From assembly GCA_051047955.1 (NCBI GenBank), contig JBPGPT010000003.1, positions 310,001 to 374,000 on the forward strand: a stretch of DNA of 64,000 nucleotides, written 5' to 3'. Both the position numbers and the translations under genes were made by a program. The stretch comes from Cystobasidiomycetes sp. EMM_F5 (lineage: Eukaryota). This document shows positions 38,492 through 51,774 of this stretch, in pieces (the stretch's first letter is position 1; each line of letters starts with the position of its first letter). The notes below the pieces were generated by a model. That model was not told the DNA's origin. It was given only the letters and a program-made list of their open reading frames with translations, and searched no databases.

Positions 38492-41400
38492 CTACAACGC
38501 TCGTCTCCGGTAGTACAACTGGATGTCGCCGCTAGATCCGTAGCAATACTTAGCACAAGCGGCAAGAGTGATATTGAGTGGTATAGGCTTGTCGTTGCAC
38601 AGGATCTCAACTTCGTCCTCAGGCAAAAGGCTAGGCTCTTGTATGCTCCCATCGAGAGCCAGATTTGTTGAGGATGAGCCGGACGACAAAGAGGCCCTTG
38701 TGTGAGACCGCGACAAAGTTGCACCGTTAGACCCCGAGTGAGCTTCGACAGCCGCTTGGTACTGTTGACGCTGCTTCCATGATTCCAACTCCAACTTTTC
38801 TGCTACGTAATGACACGCCTTCCGCATGCGAAGCATACGCGTAGCACTTAGGCGAGCATTGCTATAGAGGGAGTCAGCTTTCGCCATGTAGTGGAGCTCG
38901 AAACGCACCCGGACGGCAGCGCATCCAAACCTGCTTTGTCAGAGCCTTGATAGGGCTCTAATACGAAGGCGATCTTTACCGCGTCCTTCACAGCAGTAAT
39001 GTTGAGCAACGCAAACTCCAGCGCCCAAGCCGGAAGCTGTTGATCTAAAACATTTGCATCAGCCGCGAGACCGGACACGAGACCGCGATAAATGTTGGCC
39101 CAGGCGCCGACTTCAACAGATTCCTCGCCAACCATTATCGGCATGTCACTTGCAAACTGGATCTGGGGAGTGTCCGACCATGGTGACGGTTGGAACGACT
39201 GCGCGAAGATATTGTCTAGTACACGGGCGTGCATTCGCTCGGAAGTTGACAAGTGTGAGTACTGGCGAACCTCAAGACACCTCAGCCGACATATCGTCTG
39301 TAAACGAAATCGCTCACTTTGTCCGGAGCTTGCTGAGTCATCGGCCTCTCTTCTCTTTCGTCAGTAGCTGCTAGTGGTTCCACTTGACTTTCGCGCTTAG
39401 CATCGCGCTTGCCGAAGCTCTTGAATCGGTTCAGCTTGCCGGACTTTGCAGGACTGGGCCCGGCAGGAATCGCAGGTAAAGTAGGCTTTGGAGTAGATTT
39501 GCCACTCGATGCATCGCTTACGAGTTTAGGCTGACTGAAGTAGTCATTTTCTTGCGCACGGCTCGCAACGCTACCGGGCGTGGGCGGCGCCGTTCCCGGG
39601 ACGAATGGAGAAGCTGGAATTGTATCCAGGACAGATCCCACTGAAGCTGCCAAAGAGGTCGAAAGCAGTCGCGGCGAAGCCAGCTGGGCTGCTAGGTCAG
39701 CTTGTCCAGGTAGCACAGCTGGCGTGAGAGCCGGTGTGGCCAAGGCGACCGAGAATCCATTATTAGATCCAAATAGGGTACTCCACGTAGCGTTACCATT
39801 GCTGTCCACAATATTGGGCCGAGTCGACTCGCCTATGGAGATATGAGAGGGTCTACGCGCAGTCGGCGCAGACTTCAGGTCCACTGATGCAGACGAATCT
39901 GCACTACCAATGCTTGACACACTGCTGCTCAATTTTCGGGACTGCTTATTGCCCGTTCTCTCTTGTATATATCCGTCTAGCAGATTTCGCAGCACCCATT
40001 TGCCGAGATTTAGCCGCTGGTCGACTTTGTGGTCCGGGGTTGTAGGAACGCCTGCCTCATCTACGTAGACTTCAGCATCAAAGGCACGGTCTTGCGAGAT
40101 GTACACCATTAGCGAGCCAATCTTAGTATCGACTGAACACCATGCCGGAACCGCGGCCTCGCCTTCAATCTGAAGACGAACGAAATCCAATACGTCGATA
40201 GCATCCACATGCTCCGCGCTACGGGGGTCGCCGTTACTTTCAGAAGTGTCTATGAGCTGCTCTTGACTCGGTGCAGCGGCCTTCTGCATCGCAGCCTGCA
40301 TGTGCTTTGAAGCAAAACGCCCTATGCAAGCTCCCAAGACTATGTCCCAGACAGCCACTTCACCGACTGTGTCAAGGGAAATCACCGTTCGTCTGTCATT
40401 GAGCAATTCTGCGCGGATCAAACCTGGCCTGCCTTTGATGATAGCATCTGGCTTTGTCCGCAACGGAGTGCCATCTAGTGCAGATTCGCGGTCTTCGAAA
40501 TCACGATAGGCGGCAACATAGGCGTCACTCTTTGCATATTGTACACGAGACGCGCTGGTAAATGGTAGCTCATCACTCTCTTCTGCGATCGAAGCAGGCT
40601 TGTGCATCGGTCCAAGAATGCTAGAGGGCAGTGGACTATGTGACCGCATATAGTGGCTGGAAGGGCTTGCAAAAGCGGATGACAGATTAGTTGGTGGACG
40701 AGGAGCAGACAGACTCGATGACGGAGGCGTCACTGTAGCGCTACCAAACCCAGGTCCGAACGGAGACGTGCTGGGCAAGACCCTGCTTGATGATCGATGT
40801 AGAGATAAGACAGAAGCTGAATAGCCATGCCCACCAGCCGATTCGCCACGAAAGCCGTAGCCTGCTGGTCTAATATACGTATTGCCAGCGAAGAGCGGTA
40901 CGAGGCTTTCCAAGGGGATCCCGTTCAACGATAACGACGTGTGTTCTTTCTCCAACGTACTGGACAGAACGTCAAGCTCGTTGACCGGGCTCAAAGCCGA
41001 AGTGCCACTCCCAAAGAACAGACTACGGTCATCGTTTTGCCGAGCGACCGCAGGAGCGGTGTTGTTGGCTCGAATGATTGTCATGCCCGTGGGCGAGGAA
41101 GAATACACGTCCTGCGCCATATTGGCTGAACCCTGCCTCATTCCCGAGCGCAAGGACGACGGCCGTTGTGCTGAGATTGGGGAAGTAGGACCGCCTGACG
41201 CCGAACGCTGCTTGCCCAGCGGGGCGGATGCAAACGCGACCGACCGCTCATTGGAGACAGTACGTTGCAGCGAAGATAAATTAATCCCAGGTTCAGCCGC
41301 CGGCGTATCGAAGTCACGATTCGCTTGCTGCTGCTGCGAGTTACCTATTACGCCCATAGTAGTAGATGTGAGTTGACTGGACACGGATGTGCCAACATCA

Positions 41401-43655
41401 AAGAGAGATGATGGTAATCGCTGTCCGTCCGAGATGCTTCGTGGAGGTTGATGGCGAACCTGACGTTGAGCTTTGGGCTGAACGTCCGTCCATCTGGAAA
41501 TAGAAGAGGATCCAGATGCCGTCCACAAGAAAGTATCATCCACCGCGACAATGCGGTTTATGCCATCATTAGGACCGGCGATGCCTGAACGGGTATGATG
41601 TCTGTTGCGGAGCAATATCACGCATTCTCCTTCCGAAGCAATGTCGCCTGTACCAGCAAAGTCGACTTTGCAGACCGTTCCTGCGCGATCTCCAGAATAA
41701 AAGGTTTCAAGATGAGGTTGCGAGGAGAACAGAGACCAGACAGCATCAGCATGATGCGTGAAGGTAAACAGGCAGCGTTGCATTGCTAGCGACCATAGCT
41801 TGACCGTGGCATCTGAGGATGCTGATAGTAGATGCTTTCCGTCTTCCGACACGAGGATTGCTCGAACGTTGTCCGCGTGACCGACCAATCTTGCGGCCAT
41901 ATTATTGGTCTGACTTGCCGAGTTGGCTGAGGTGGTCGTTCGAGGATCGTACACGCGAATGAGGCGCTCTGGCGAACCGCAAGCAATAATGGAGCCCAAT
42001 GTATTGGTTCCGACGGCATAAACAGAATGATCCAGCGTATATTCGAGTAAAGGGACGGGACGCGTCTGATGTATGTCCCAGATCTTCAAGCGCTTGTCGA
42101 AGCCACCCGATGCAAGCCAGCCGGCATGCCGTGAATGAGCTAAGCAACGGACGTAGTCCGTATGAGAGCCAAGCTGAGCCGGTAGCATAGATCTGTGAGG
42201 GTCGTGCGGATTCCAGGCTCGAATGAAACGGTCAGAACTCGCGGAAATCACCGTCTATCGAACGGTATATTTCAGTTATCGGGAGAGGGAATTTTTCGAC
42301 TTCTCACTCACCTGATTGAGATTGCAAAGCAGCAAGTCGTTGACCCAGTCAGTATGCCCTCGGTGAGCTTGTCTGAAAGTCATTTGACCAAAAGCAGCGT
42401 CCGGAGACGCGCTCGATAAGGCTGCTCTATCCACCTGCCATCTGTGCTCATAGGGTAGTAAATTACTTGATGATGTATCTTTCGTTTCGGTGAGATTCAG
42501 GTCGGCGATTGAAGACCCTCTCCGACCGTTTAAGGATGGTCGGCCAAGTCCTACATCCAAGTGAAGTCCGTTGGAAAGGTGCTTTGCGTACGGATTCCGG
42601 CTATAAGATTGAGAAACCCCAGACGAGCCGCTGAAATACTCGCTGCTACGAGCTTCAGCATTTGCAAGAGATTCGACTTCAGGCTCGTCGATTTCGTTGT
42701 CGCTATTTGAAGCCTGGTCGTCATCATCCGAAGTTGATGGAGAGTCATAACTATCTTCGGCCCATTTTGGGCGATATTTGCGCGTGCTTCTCCCACTTGT
42801 GTTGATGAAGGAAGTGGAGCCCCCGTCGTACGAATTACGATTATGTAACCTGGTATCGCGATATCGAAAGTATGCTCGTGAATCTCTGGGTTTCAATGGC
42901 AGGCCCAGCTCCCACGCCGCTACGAGCCCATCCCTGCCGCCAGAATAGAGTATGCCAGCAGGAGTTCTCTTGCGAGATGGAGATGACGAAGAAGGAGAAG
43001 AGTCTATTATCGTCGAAGTATCTATTGCTAAAGCCGATATGCCGAGAGTATGTTCCGGATGACGCTGAGCGTGCGTCTGGTTTGGAGGATTAGCAGAACC
43101 CGTCGATTGTTTTCGTAGCGGTGTAGAGGTAGAGCGTCGCCTATTTGCTGAGTTGGTATTGCCAGAAGGTCCAGTTGATTTGAACGGCACTGGGGGTGGG
43201 GCACGGCGCGCTGTCGTCGAGCCTGAAGCTTCCAATAAATTGGACGAGTACGATGACTGTGTCGTCCGAGAGTCATCCTCAGCTAGTATGATGAGTGGGT
43301 TTGGGTTGCCGCGTTTGCTTCTTGCCGCCTTGTCGGGATCCAGTGACGACGGCAGAACAAGAAACGGGGGCGGCTGAGCTTCCGAGGGTGGGGGAATCAG
43401 ATAGGCTATTCTCCTTTTAGGGAGCTGAGATGCTGCTCTTTCGGCTGCTGCGGCCCTCTCTGCTCGCTCAATCGCAGCGTTTCTCTGTTCGGCGGCGTCT
43501 CGGGCTGCGATCCGGGCGTTCAATGCAGCAGCTGCAGTGTTTCCGCCGGCACGAGGTCCAGACATATTGGCCAACGACGGCGGAGGTACCATCATAAATC
43601 CAGACATTGTGACGGTTGTGGCTGTTGTCAGTGCTTCATTGCCGATTGCATACAA
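38492..43655 (-). CDS. WDR48/UAF1 (Duf1/Bun107)-like WD40 deubiquitinase cofactor; start may be a downstream ATG
   Basis: LYSGGRDG, HTDWVNDL, HTDYVRCLA, GHADNVRAIL, LLNDRRTV, WCSVDTKIG, NLGKWVL, RLSATRMLRMRK, VEILCND, IQLYYRR*. Confidence 0.93.
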
Positions 43656-44219
43656 GCCAAAGCGGCTATCAAGCGTTACACATCCGCATCATAAGAATGA
43701 ACATTATTGTAAGGCTTTTCATTGTCACAGTGATAGATGCAGCTAGTTTGCAGCGAACAGGATCCCGCGTGCTGTACGCAATGCGACTCAACTGCACCTG
43801 CAGGTTAAATTAAGACTGGCTTCTTGTGACGATGTTCGAAGGGCAAGAACCTCGTCAAGTTTTGGCAGAATTAAGTGACAGCACGGTGTGTGGTCTTCTT
43901 TTGTTGCCGTCCGGCGAGGCGCTCAGATGGAAGCGTCGACAGACATCAAACGTCTTCTCCGAGTCTTGCGATTAGGCCGCAGCGGGTGAAGCCTGCCGAA
44001 CGGTAGTACTTCCACGGGACTCCCCTTCCTTGTGACATGGACTTTCGGGATAATCGGCTGTATTGTCGGAAAGAAAAGGAGGGCGATTTCCCACTCCACG
44101 CCGCCCCCACGCGTTGATTGAGCCCCCCTTGTTGAATCTGAAACCGTCTGACCTGAAGTGACTGCTCTGCTCTGCTCAAGTGTCGAGTTTGGCAAAGTAC
44201 TCTGCACTCAGACACAGCC

Positions 44220-46192
44220 ATGCCTCCAGTGCTGTCGTACATTTCCTCGCCGCTCGAAATGCTCGAACGCACGCTCGGGATGAGACGCGAAACATTTGCA
44301 GCTTCAGTCGCAGCAGCGGCCGTTGGAGTCCTGGCATTCTGTAGTATCGCACCAGGCCTGCTGGTTCCTGCGCGCTACCAGCTGTTGGGCATACCGGCAT
44401 GGAGAGATGTCACGTCTCGCCTATCATCAGGTTCAACAAACAACAGTGCAAAGATTGCAGGCAGTAGAAAGAGATTGGATGCGTGGATTGAGAGTGAACG
44501 GGTCTACGCCTGGCACCGACTGCTGAAGAACATACACCCCGAAGGAACAGATCCAGGATGCGTAGTAGCTTCGCCGTCCAAGAAGGACCCCGACTATTTT
44601 TACCAGTGGACAAGGGATTCTGCCATGGTCTTCAAGGTCGTCATTGAGTACTGGAAGCGCGACTTGGATCCGACCGGAACCGCAGAACAGCTCATCAAGG
44701 ACTTTATACATGAAACGAAAAAGCTGCAGCACATGGACACCCCTTCAGGAGGTTATAGAACAGGCGGACTGGGCGAAGTCAAGTTTCACGGTGATGGCAG
44801 GCCATACCGCGGCAAGTAAGTCTTATTTGCGGAGCATTTGGAGTCAGACAGTGTAACTGACATTTTAATCCGTTCATGCAGCTGGGGACGTCCGCAAGGG
44901 TAAGGTCTTCTTTAGGGTAGGTATTTTCAGCTCGCTAACAAGTCTTTCTCTTGTCAGAGACGGCCCTGCGCTTCGCTCAACAGCGCTCATTGGCTTTGCC
45001 GAGACTTTACTCGACAAGGACACGGCCAAATGGGAACCGTTCATTCGACGTGAATTGTATGATTCTTTAGAAGCTGGAAAGACAGAGAGCATCATCAAGG
45101 CGGATCTAGATTATGTCACTGAGTCCGTATAGGGCATGATCCGCGGGCGGGAGAACGTAATCTGATGTCCCGCACTCACAGATACTGGCATAAACAATGT
45201 TTCGATCTTTGGGAAGAGGTTCACGGCATTCATCATTTCAATATGCTCGTTTCCATTCGGTCCCTGCTGGACGGCGCTCGCTTAGCGACACGCCTAGGCG
45301 ACACGGGCTCAGCAGAGTACTACCGCAAAGTAGCCAACGACATCCATGCATTCCTTCCCAAATTCTGGGATGACGAGCAAAAGAGTCTGCTGGCTACGAT
45401 TGAGTGGACCAACAATTGCGGCAAGGTTGAATTTCAAGATACCGGTACCGTTCTTGGATTCAATCATGCAGGAGATTTGGCCAACATCTTTGATCATTCT
45501 GCCACTGCCGAGAAACCAGAGCAGCATCTCGGAAGTGACATTTCCTTGGCCTCGCAGTACACCGTTGCAGAGTCGATGCGCCGTGAATATCCCCTCAATG
45601 CAAAGCACTATCCGGCTCGCAAGGGCTACACTGGCTTTGGTATCGGACGCTACTACGAGGATGTATACGACGGCGACGGCAAACGCAAGACTGGCGAAGG
45701 CAATCCATGGTACTTGACAACGATGGCGCACGCCGAGTTCTTGTACCGCCTGATTCCGATATTCTCCCGGAAAGCCATTACTATCAACAATATCAATCGA
45801 TCGTTCTGGCAGTCCTTGAATGTAAATTTGGACAATGTTGCATCGAGCTACGCCAAGTCGAGCAAGGAAAAGTCTGGACACACTTACCAACCCGGATCAG
45901 CCGAGCACACTGCACTCGTGCGCGGCCTCCAGCTCAAGGGAGATGCATTCTTGAAGGTCGTCATGGACTGGGCTCGTTGGGACGGCGGACTGTGGGAGCA
46001 GTTTGACCGCAAGAATGGTGGAGAAATGGGCGCACCGCATCTGACGTGAGTTGTCGGGCCCTTCTTTCTGTTTGATACGCGCTGACGAATGCATGTTTGG
46101 CTATCAACATCCACAACAGTTGGTCGTACGCCGCGTTCTTGTCTTGCATTGCAGCACGAGAAGGAAAGCCAATGTTTCCCTTTGAGCCTTGA
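44220..46192 (+). CDS. Glucoamylase, glycoside hydrolase family 15, no starch-binding domain
   Basis: VVASPSKKDPDYFYQWTRD, GLGEVKF, WGRPQR|DGPALRS, FDLWEEV, IGRYYEDVY, GNPWYLTT, LWEQFDR, HLT|WSYAAF. Confidence 0.95.
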
Positions 46193-46520
46193 ACGTGGAG
46201 ATCTCGAGAGAGGCGCACTGAAGGAACACAGGGCAATGAATGCTTTCGTACCCGCGAAATAAGCAAAGATCGTTTCTGGCATGTCAGCATGGTCATTTCG
46301 CAGGTCTAGAAGCAGTTGACATGTGCAAGCAAGCTTCGTCGTATCTTTGTTGTAGTGCAACGTGGTCAGAGTCATCGACTTCGATTATCGATTACGCAAA
46401 ACCTAGATTCATTGATACCCAAACCACTGGTATTGAAAGGCGTATTCGAGACACCAAAGGAGCTAGCTAGCATTACAAAAGCTGTCTTGCAAGACTGCCT
46501 TTTGCCATCACCGGCCACAA

Positions 46521-47534
46521 TCAATCCCTGCGAGGGCCACGGGCACCAGCAGCACCGGGGGGACCTCTCCTTCGGCTGTCGTAGGCAGACGGGGCAATTG
46601 GATTGACGACGTTGACTTGCAAGCCGTCCAGACCGATCGAGCGTAACAAATCCTGCAGGAACGTAAGATAGGTCAACAAGTCTTCTCGGCCCAGATGGAG
46701 CTCAAGTAACAAACCTTGGTGTCCGGGTCGACTTCGAGACCGGTCGTAGGTACAGCCAAAGCAGATGTGTCGGGCACGTAGTTCTGAGAAGATGGAAAGG
46801 AAGATAGTCAGAATTGATTGGAACAGAATATCGTATCCGTGAAGCTGCAGAGAGGGGCTTTCCGACCAAGTCGTGCTTGCTGGCGAGGCGCATTGGTATT
46901 GAGTGAAAATGGCGACTGTCGGCGTGTCGCAGGGTCGGTGCACTAGTCGTAGCTTGTGGAGTATCGTGAAGGCCAATCTCGAGTTGCATTTTGTGCAGAC
47001 GCGCGAACCGCCGTATAATACCGACCCTGTTTCGACCTGATGTCGCGGAGAGGTGCCGTATAAACCCGACCCGCTGGATATCCTGCTGCTTGCCCTTATC
47101 TTCCCTTCCTGTTCCCGTATACGGCGACATCCCGAAACACTTGCCAGCCGTGTAGTCGTGCCTTCGTAACCCCTCCTGCAGCATGCACGCAGACATTGCA
47201 CACCACCACTTACATCTTTGCGCTCACGCTCCTCCTCTTGCAGCTTGAATGAGATTCCTCTGACGGGACCCTTTTGAATTCGCTTCATCAAGTGGGTCGT
47301 GAAGCCGGCAATCTTGTTTCGGAGGCGCTTGGACGGGACGATGGCAATCTCGTCTACCAATCGCTTGTTTTGGTGAAAGTCCATTGGCGACAGTCGCGGG
47401 TAGTACTTTTCAATGCTGTAATGGTTAGGTTGCCCAATTCAGATCAGCATGTTTGAACATCGCTCCTTCAGCGCGGAAAAGACGTACATGACCTTGGAGG
47501 CCCGCTTTGTGGTCTTTGTGCGTACTCGACCCAT
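46521..47534 (-). CDS. RPS17: 40S ribosomal protein eS17
   Basis: [66 protein letters not shown]. Introns include 46784-47213 (430 nt) and 46653-46714. Confidence 0.97.
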
Positions 47535-47854
47535 CTTGGCGTGTGCTGGTGTATGCGGTGTATGCTGCTTGCCCTGCCTCAGTTCTCCTCTGGGTCCCTG
47601 GGTCGTTGATCGAAGAAAAATGCGACAGTCTTCCGTCCTGAGAGGAGGGAGGGAGAATCGCAAATCCGCAACGACAGCTGGACAACATCAAGCACACCTG
47701 AAAAAAAGTCGGTACAGAGGCACCTACGAGTCGAATTGACCCGCAATACCGGTCAATCATCCGCTGACTCGCTAGACCTCGTGAAAACTCTCGACAGTCT
47801 GAACAACAACACCGACAACCCTCAGTCCTTACTACATATACAAAAGCACCAGTC

Positions 47855-48498
47855 ATGGTTCGCGTATCTGTGCGTCTCATCTACGACTGTGGATGGATTT
47901 ACAGGCAGAACTGCCGCCCTTTTGAAACGAGTTTGCTGAGACAGATCATTTCCATTAACGCAGGTCCTGGCAGACTGCCTCAACAACATTTACAATGCAG
48001 AGAAGACCGGCAAGCGTCAAGTTCTGATCCGACCCTCATCCAAGGTCATCCTCAGATTCCTGAGCGTGATGCAGAAGCACGGTTAGCCAGACAAAATTCC
48101 CTTTATTGAATTTACACTCGAACATTTGTTTCTGACACTTTCTTCTGTCTGCCAGGATACATTGATGAATTCGAAGTCATTGACGACCACCGGTCAGGAA
48201 AGATTGTCGTCCAGCTCAACGGCCGCATCAACAAGTGCGGTGTCATCTCACCGAGATTCAATGTGCAACTGCCGCAAATTGAAAACTGGGTAAACTTGCT
48301 CTTACCCGCTCGTTCTTTCGGCTACATCATCCTCACGACTTCTGACGGTATCATGGACCACGAGGAGGCGAGGAGAAGGCACGTTGCTGGAAAGGTGCGT
48401 CTGACGGCAGTATGTACAAATATCGCGGCCGGACACTGACTGTATATGCGTCTGTTTTCGCCGTGTTTGCCTCCCAGGTTCTCGGCTTCGTATACTAG
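47855..48498 (+). CDS. RPS22: 40S ribosomal protein uS8 (S22/S15A)
   Basis: [73 protein letters not shown]...GK|VLGFVY*. Confidence 0.97.
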
Positions 48499-48729
48499 AT
48501 TGTCATCCTTGATGAAAATTGTTGTCGGCGTAATGCAATGCAGGCAGTTCCACCCAACCGGATTGATGCCCATCGTGATAGACTGACCGCGATCTGTGGT
48601 CTGTGATACATATCGGTGCTGCGTAACTTAAGTGCTGTATTGCTCAAAAATGTTTTTGGGCTGGCTTGATCAGGGTCGAAAGCTGCAGCCTGTTTACGCG
48701 ACTACTCTTGTCAAAGCACATCTCCCACC

Positions 48730-50433
48730 ATGCCACGCGTAAGAGCAGGTCTAAACTGCGCAATATGCTTCAACGATGCTCCTCCAGACTCAGACTGGGT
48801 GGTGGTTCATCCATGTGCCCACATTTTCCACGACGGCTGCATCCGTCAGTGGGTAAACAGCACGGTCGAGGGGGCGCGTAGCAACAGGAAACAAAACACA
48901 TGCCCGACGTGTCGTGAGAAGCTTGCACATCCCGCAGGACTCACTCGTAGCGGAAAGAAGAGGTCTCGATTCGCCAAACTGCACTTTGAGAGCCTTCACG
49001 TAACGCAAGATGCCAGCAGCAGCTCCAGTCCAACGCGAGCAAGATTGAGCCACAGAGGCAGAGACGCCATTGCAAGTGAAGCGGATCCTGACGAACAGCG
49101 TGACTCGGCTGGACCGTGGCGTGCAAGGACGCGCGCAATACATGTCGTGCGAGATAGCGATGACGAAACGCCAGATGCGGGGCCAGCCCAAAACAATGAT
49201 GGGACAGCCGACCCGGAGGCCGTAGGAGCCATCACAGAGAGTGAAAGTGACGAGGATAATGCAAGACCCGCACGCCTAGTCAGAGGGACCGTGCGGTCCG
49301 CAAACACGCGTACGGAAGTGCAACCAGGAGAGGCAAATGTTGCACGGCAAGCCGCTCAAATACTAGAACTCCAAGCACAACTTGCACGGGCAGTCCAAGA
49401 GTTGGCAGATACAAAGCGGCAACAAGACGAATGGCGTCAGACGGAACAGGCTGAACTCGAAGGGAGGATTGCTGAACTCGGTCGGGCTATGCAACAGAAG
49501 GATGTTGACATCAAGAGATATAAAGACGAGAGCAAAGCGCTCGTCAAGACCTGCAAGAAAGAAGCGGAGCGTTGCGTCAAACTCACAGATCAGATGAAGA
49601 GGATGACTGCCGAGCTCAGCGATGTCAAAGAGTGAGCTCCCACCCTCTAAGCCCTTACCAAGGCATAATCCGTCTGCTCAGCACCATATACTTACCGGCT
49701 CGATTGCAGACAATACTCTGTTGCAAAGGTGTCGCTAGAATCGGTCAACATGGCGCATGCCGAACTTCAAGAAACCTCAGAAACAACGTACGATGAGCTT
49801 CGCATCCGCTACGAACGTAGCAAGGCATTCTGTGACAAGCTGGAGGCTGCCAATATCACATTGACGGAGCAGAAGGCCAAATACAAGGCTCGCATTGCTG
49901 ATCTCAAGTTGGAAAATCAGGTATTGAAGGCCGATCTAGGTAGTAACAAACTTCACAAGGGTAAAGGCCGTGCAGATAACCAAGACGACTCGGATGCACC
50001 TCCACAATCTTCGACGATGACCAGTAACAAAGTCGTCAGCAGATTCTTCGGAAGTCAAGTTGGTGAAGCCCTCCCCACACGCGATCGAGCGCGCAACACC
50101 ACGCCTTTCACGAAACGTAAAGCCTGTGACTTTTCAGATGACGTGCCAGGCTCTGTCTTAGAAGATGAATCTCTACGAATCATCGATGTCGACACTCTAC
50201 CTGATGAGCTTGGCATGGGCCACACGCGCTTGAACGACGACTACAGTTTCGAGGATCTGGATGCTGCTCTGCGACATAGACTGCCGATGTGCAGCGACTG
50301 CGTGCCAACTAGCGAGGCAAGGCAATCGTCGAAAAAGGATTCTATCGCAGGAGCATCGAGATGGATTGATGCAGCTCTGAAGGGCAAACAATCGACAATG
50401 GGAGAGCGCAAAAAGCCAAAATTGCGGTGTTAA
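48730..50433 (+). CDS. RING-H2 plus coiled-coil protein, TRAIP-like architecture (putative E3 ligase)
   Basis: N-terminal CAIC...CAHIFHDGCIRQW...TCPTCR, long heptad-rich central region, basic C-terminus. One intron starting ~49632. Confidence 0.7.
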
Positions 50434-50505
50434 GTTTCGATAATGTCGTGGCCATGTAATTGTGAGAGGCTTCATGATATTAGAACAAACATCATGTAGC
50501 CTGCA

Positions 50506-51490
50506 TCAAGGCTGCTTAGGTGGTTCCCACAACATGCAGTAAATGTCCACGCCGTGACCTCCGGTTTGCTCTCTGCCATTACTGGCTGTATGCCCAATTC
50601 CTAGACGGAATGATCCGACTACCCGGAACCCAAGATGAGCATATATGTCCCGCGAGTGGTGTGTGGTGGATTCGAGCCAGATGGGCAGACCTTGCTGTGT
50701 CGCAAGAGTTTGTTGCTTGCGGATCAGCTGTGCGCACATGTCTGAAGCAAAAAAATCATCAAAATCACTGGTCCACCACTGCGAAAGGGTTCCGACTCAC
50801 GTTGGCCTTGCTTTTCAGGGCGAGTCGCGATAAACCACAAGTAGTAATAGTCCTTACGCTTGCCAAGCGCCTCCGACTTGAATTTGTCAGCCTGCGGTCC
50901 GTACTCGTAGAGCATGCGCTTCATATATGCTCAGCGTCAGACTGTCTCACGCATGGAGGACTGAAGACGCTCTGTACGTACGTAACACGCTTTAAGTCCA
51001 ATATTGTACAAAACACCCAACATTCCCGCCGGTAGTAGGGTCAAGGGATTGTCCACTCGTTTTCCTGGAGGCATCCTGGTTGCGGAAGAAGCCAATCTCA
51101 GAGCCGTCACTTCGGGAAGTCAACGTTCAGCGTTGGAACAAGACACGAGCCACACCATATCGCTGTTGCTCCCCAGTTGCCGATCTCGTCGAAGATCCCT
51201 CCGTTTAGTCCTCCGGCCTTGACCAGAGCGCGCATGTAGTGGGGAAGATACTCAAGTCGCTGGGGCTCTTGAAAGCGCCTTGTTATGTATCGCACGGCAG
51301 GATCGTCTCCAAACGCGGAAACGATGACTGCAAGGGCGTCTTCAGCTCTCTCTGTCGGCTAGCATTCAGCACATACAGTACAGTAGATATATTCGGGCTG
51401 TGGACCACCGTACTTACCTGCAGCTCCGGTCGTGACTGTCAAGCTATGGACACCATTGCCAGCACCATCGTCGCGTTTATGCCGCAGCAT
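50506..51490 (-). CDS. GNAT-family N-acetyltransferase
   Basis: FGDDPAV, YYYLWFIATRPEKQGQ|HVRTA, GLPIWLESTTHHSRDIYAHLGF, MLWEP. Confidence 0.85.
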
Positions 51491-51774
51491 GTTTTCTGTC
51501 ATCAAAAACTTTGCCGAGGTCTGCTGCGGACACTGTCATCCAGCAAGGAGCATTTGGCCGAGTCGAAAAACATGATTGGTATGGAGTCAGAGCAAATTCA
51601 ATGCAAGCGCTTCGGTCGCTCTCGGCGCCAATTCCATTTGATCCAGTCACAACATCACAACAACTTGAAGAATGCGTTTCTCCACTTTCTTCGTACCGAA
51701 TATGTTTTTTCCTAATATGGCCAAATAACACTCCACGAATAGTCTTTAAACCCAGCAGCAAGGTATCAGTCTTG

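Noticed and set aside
46521..47384. 287-aa ORF as an extended RPS17 protein
   Set aside because: It is read-through of two clear introns. The spliced form gives normal eS17. Kept only as a note in the intron finding.
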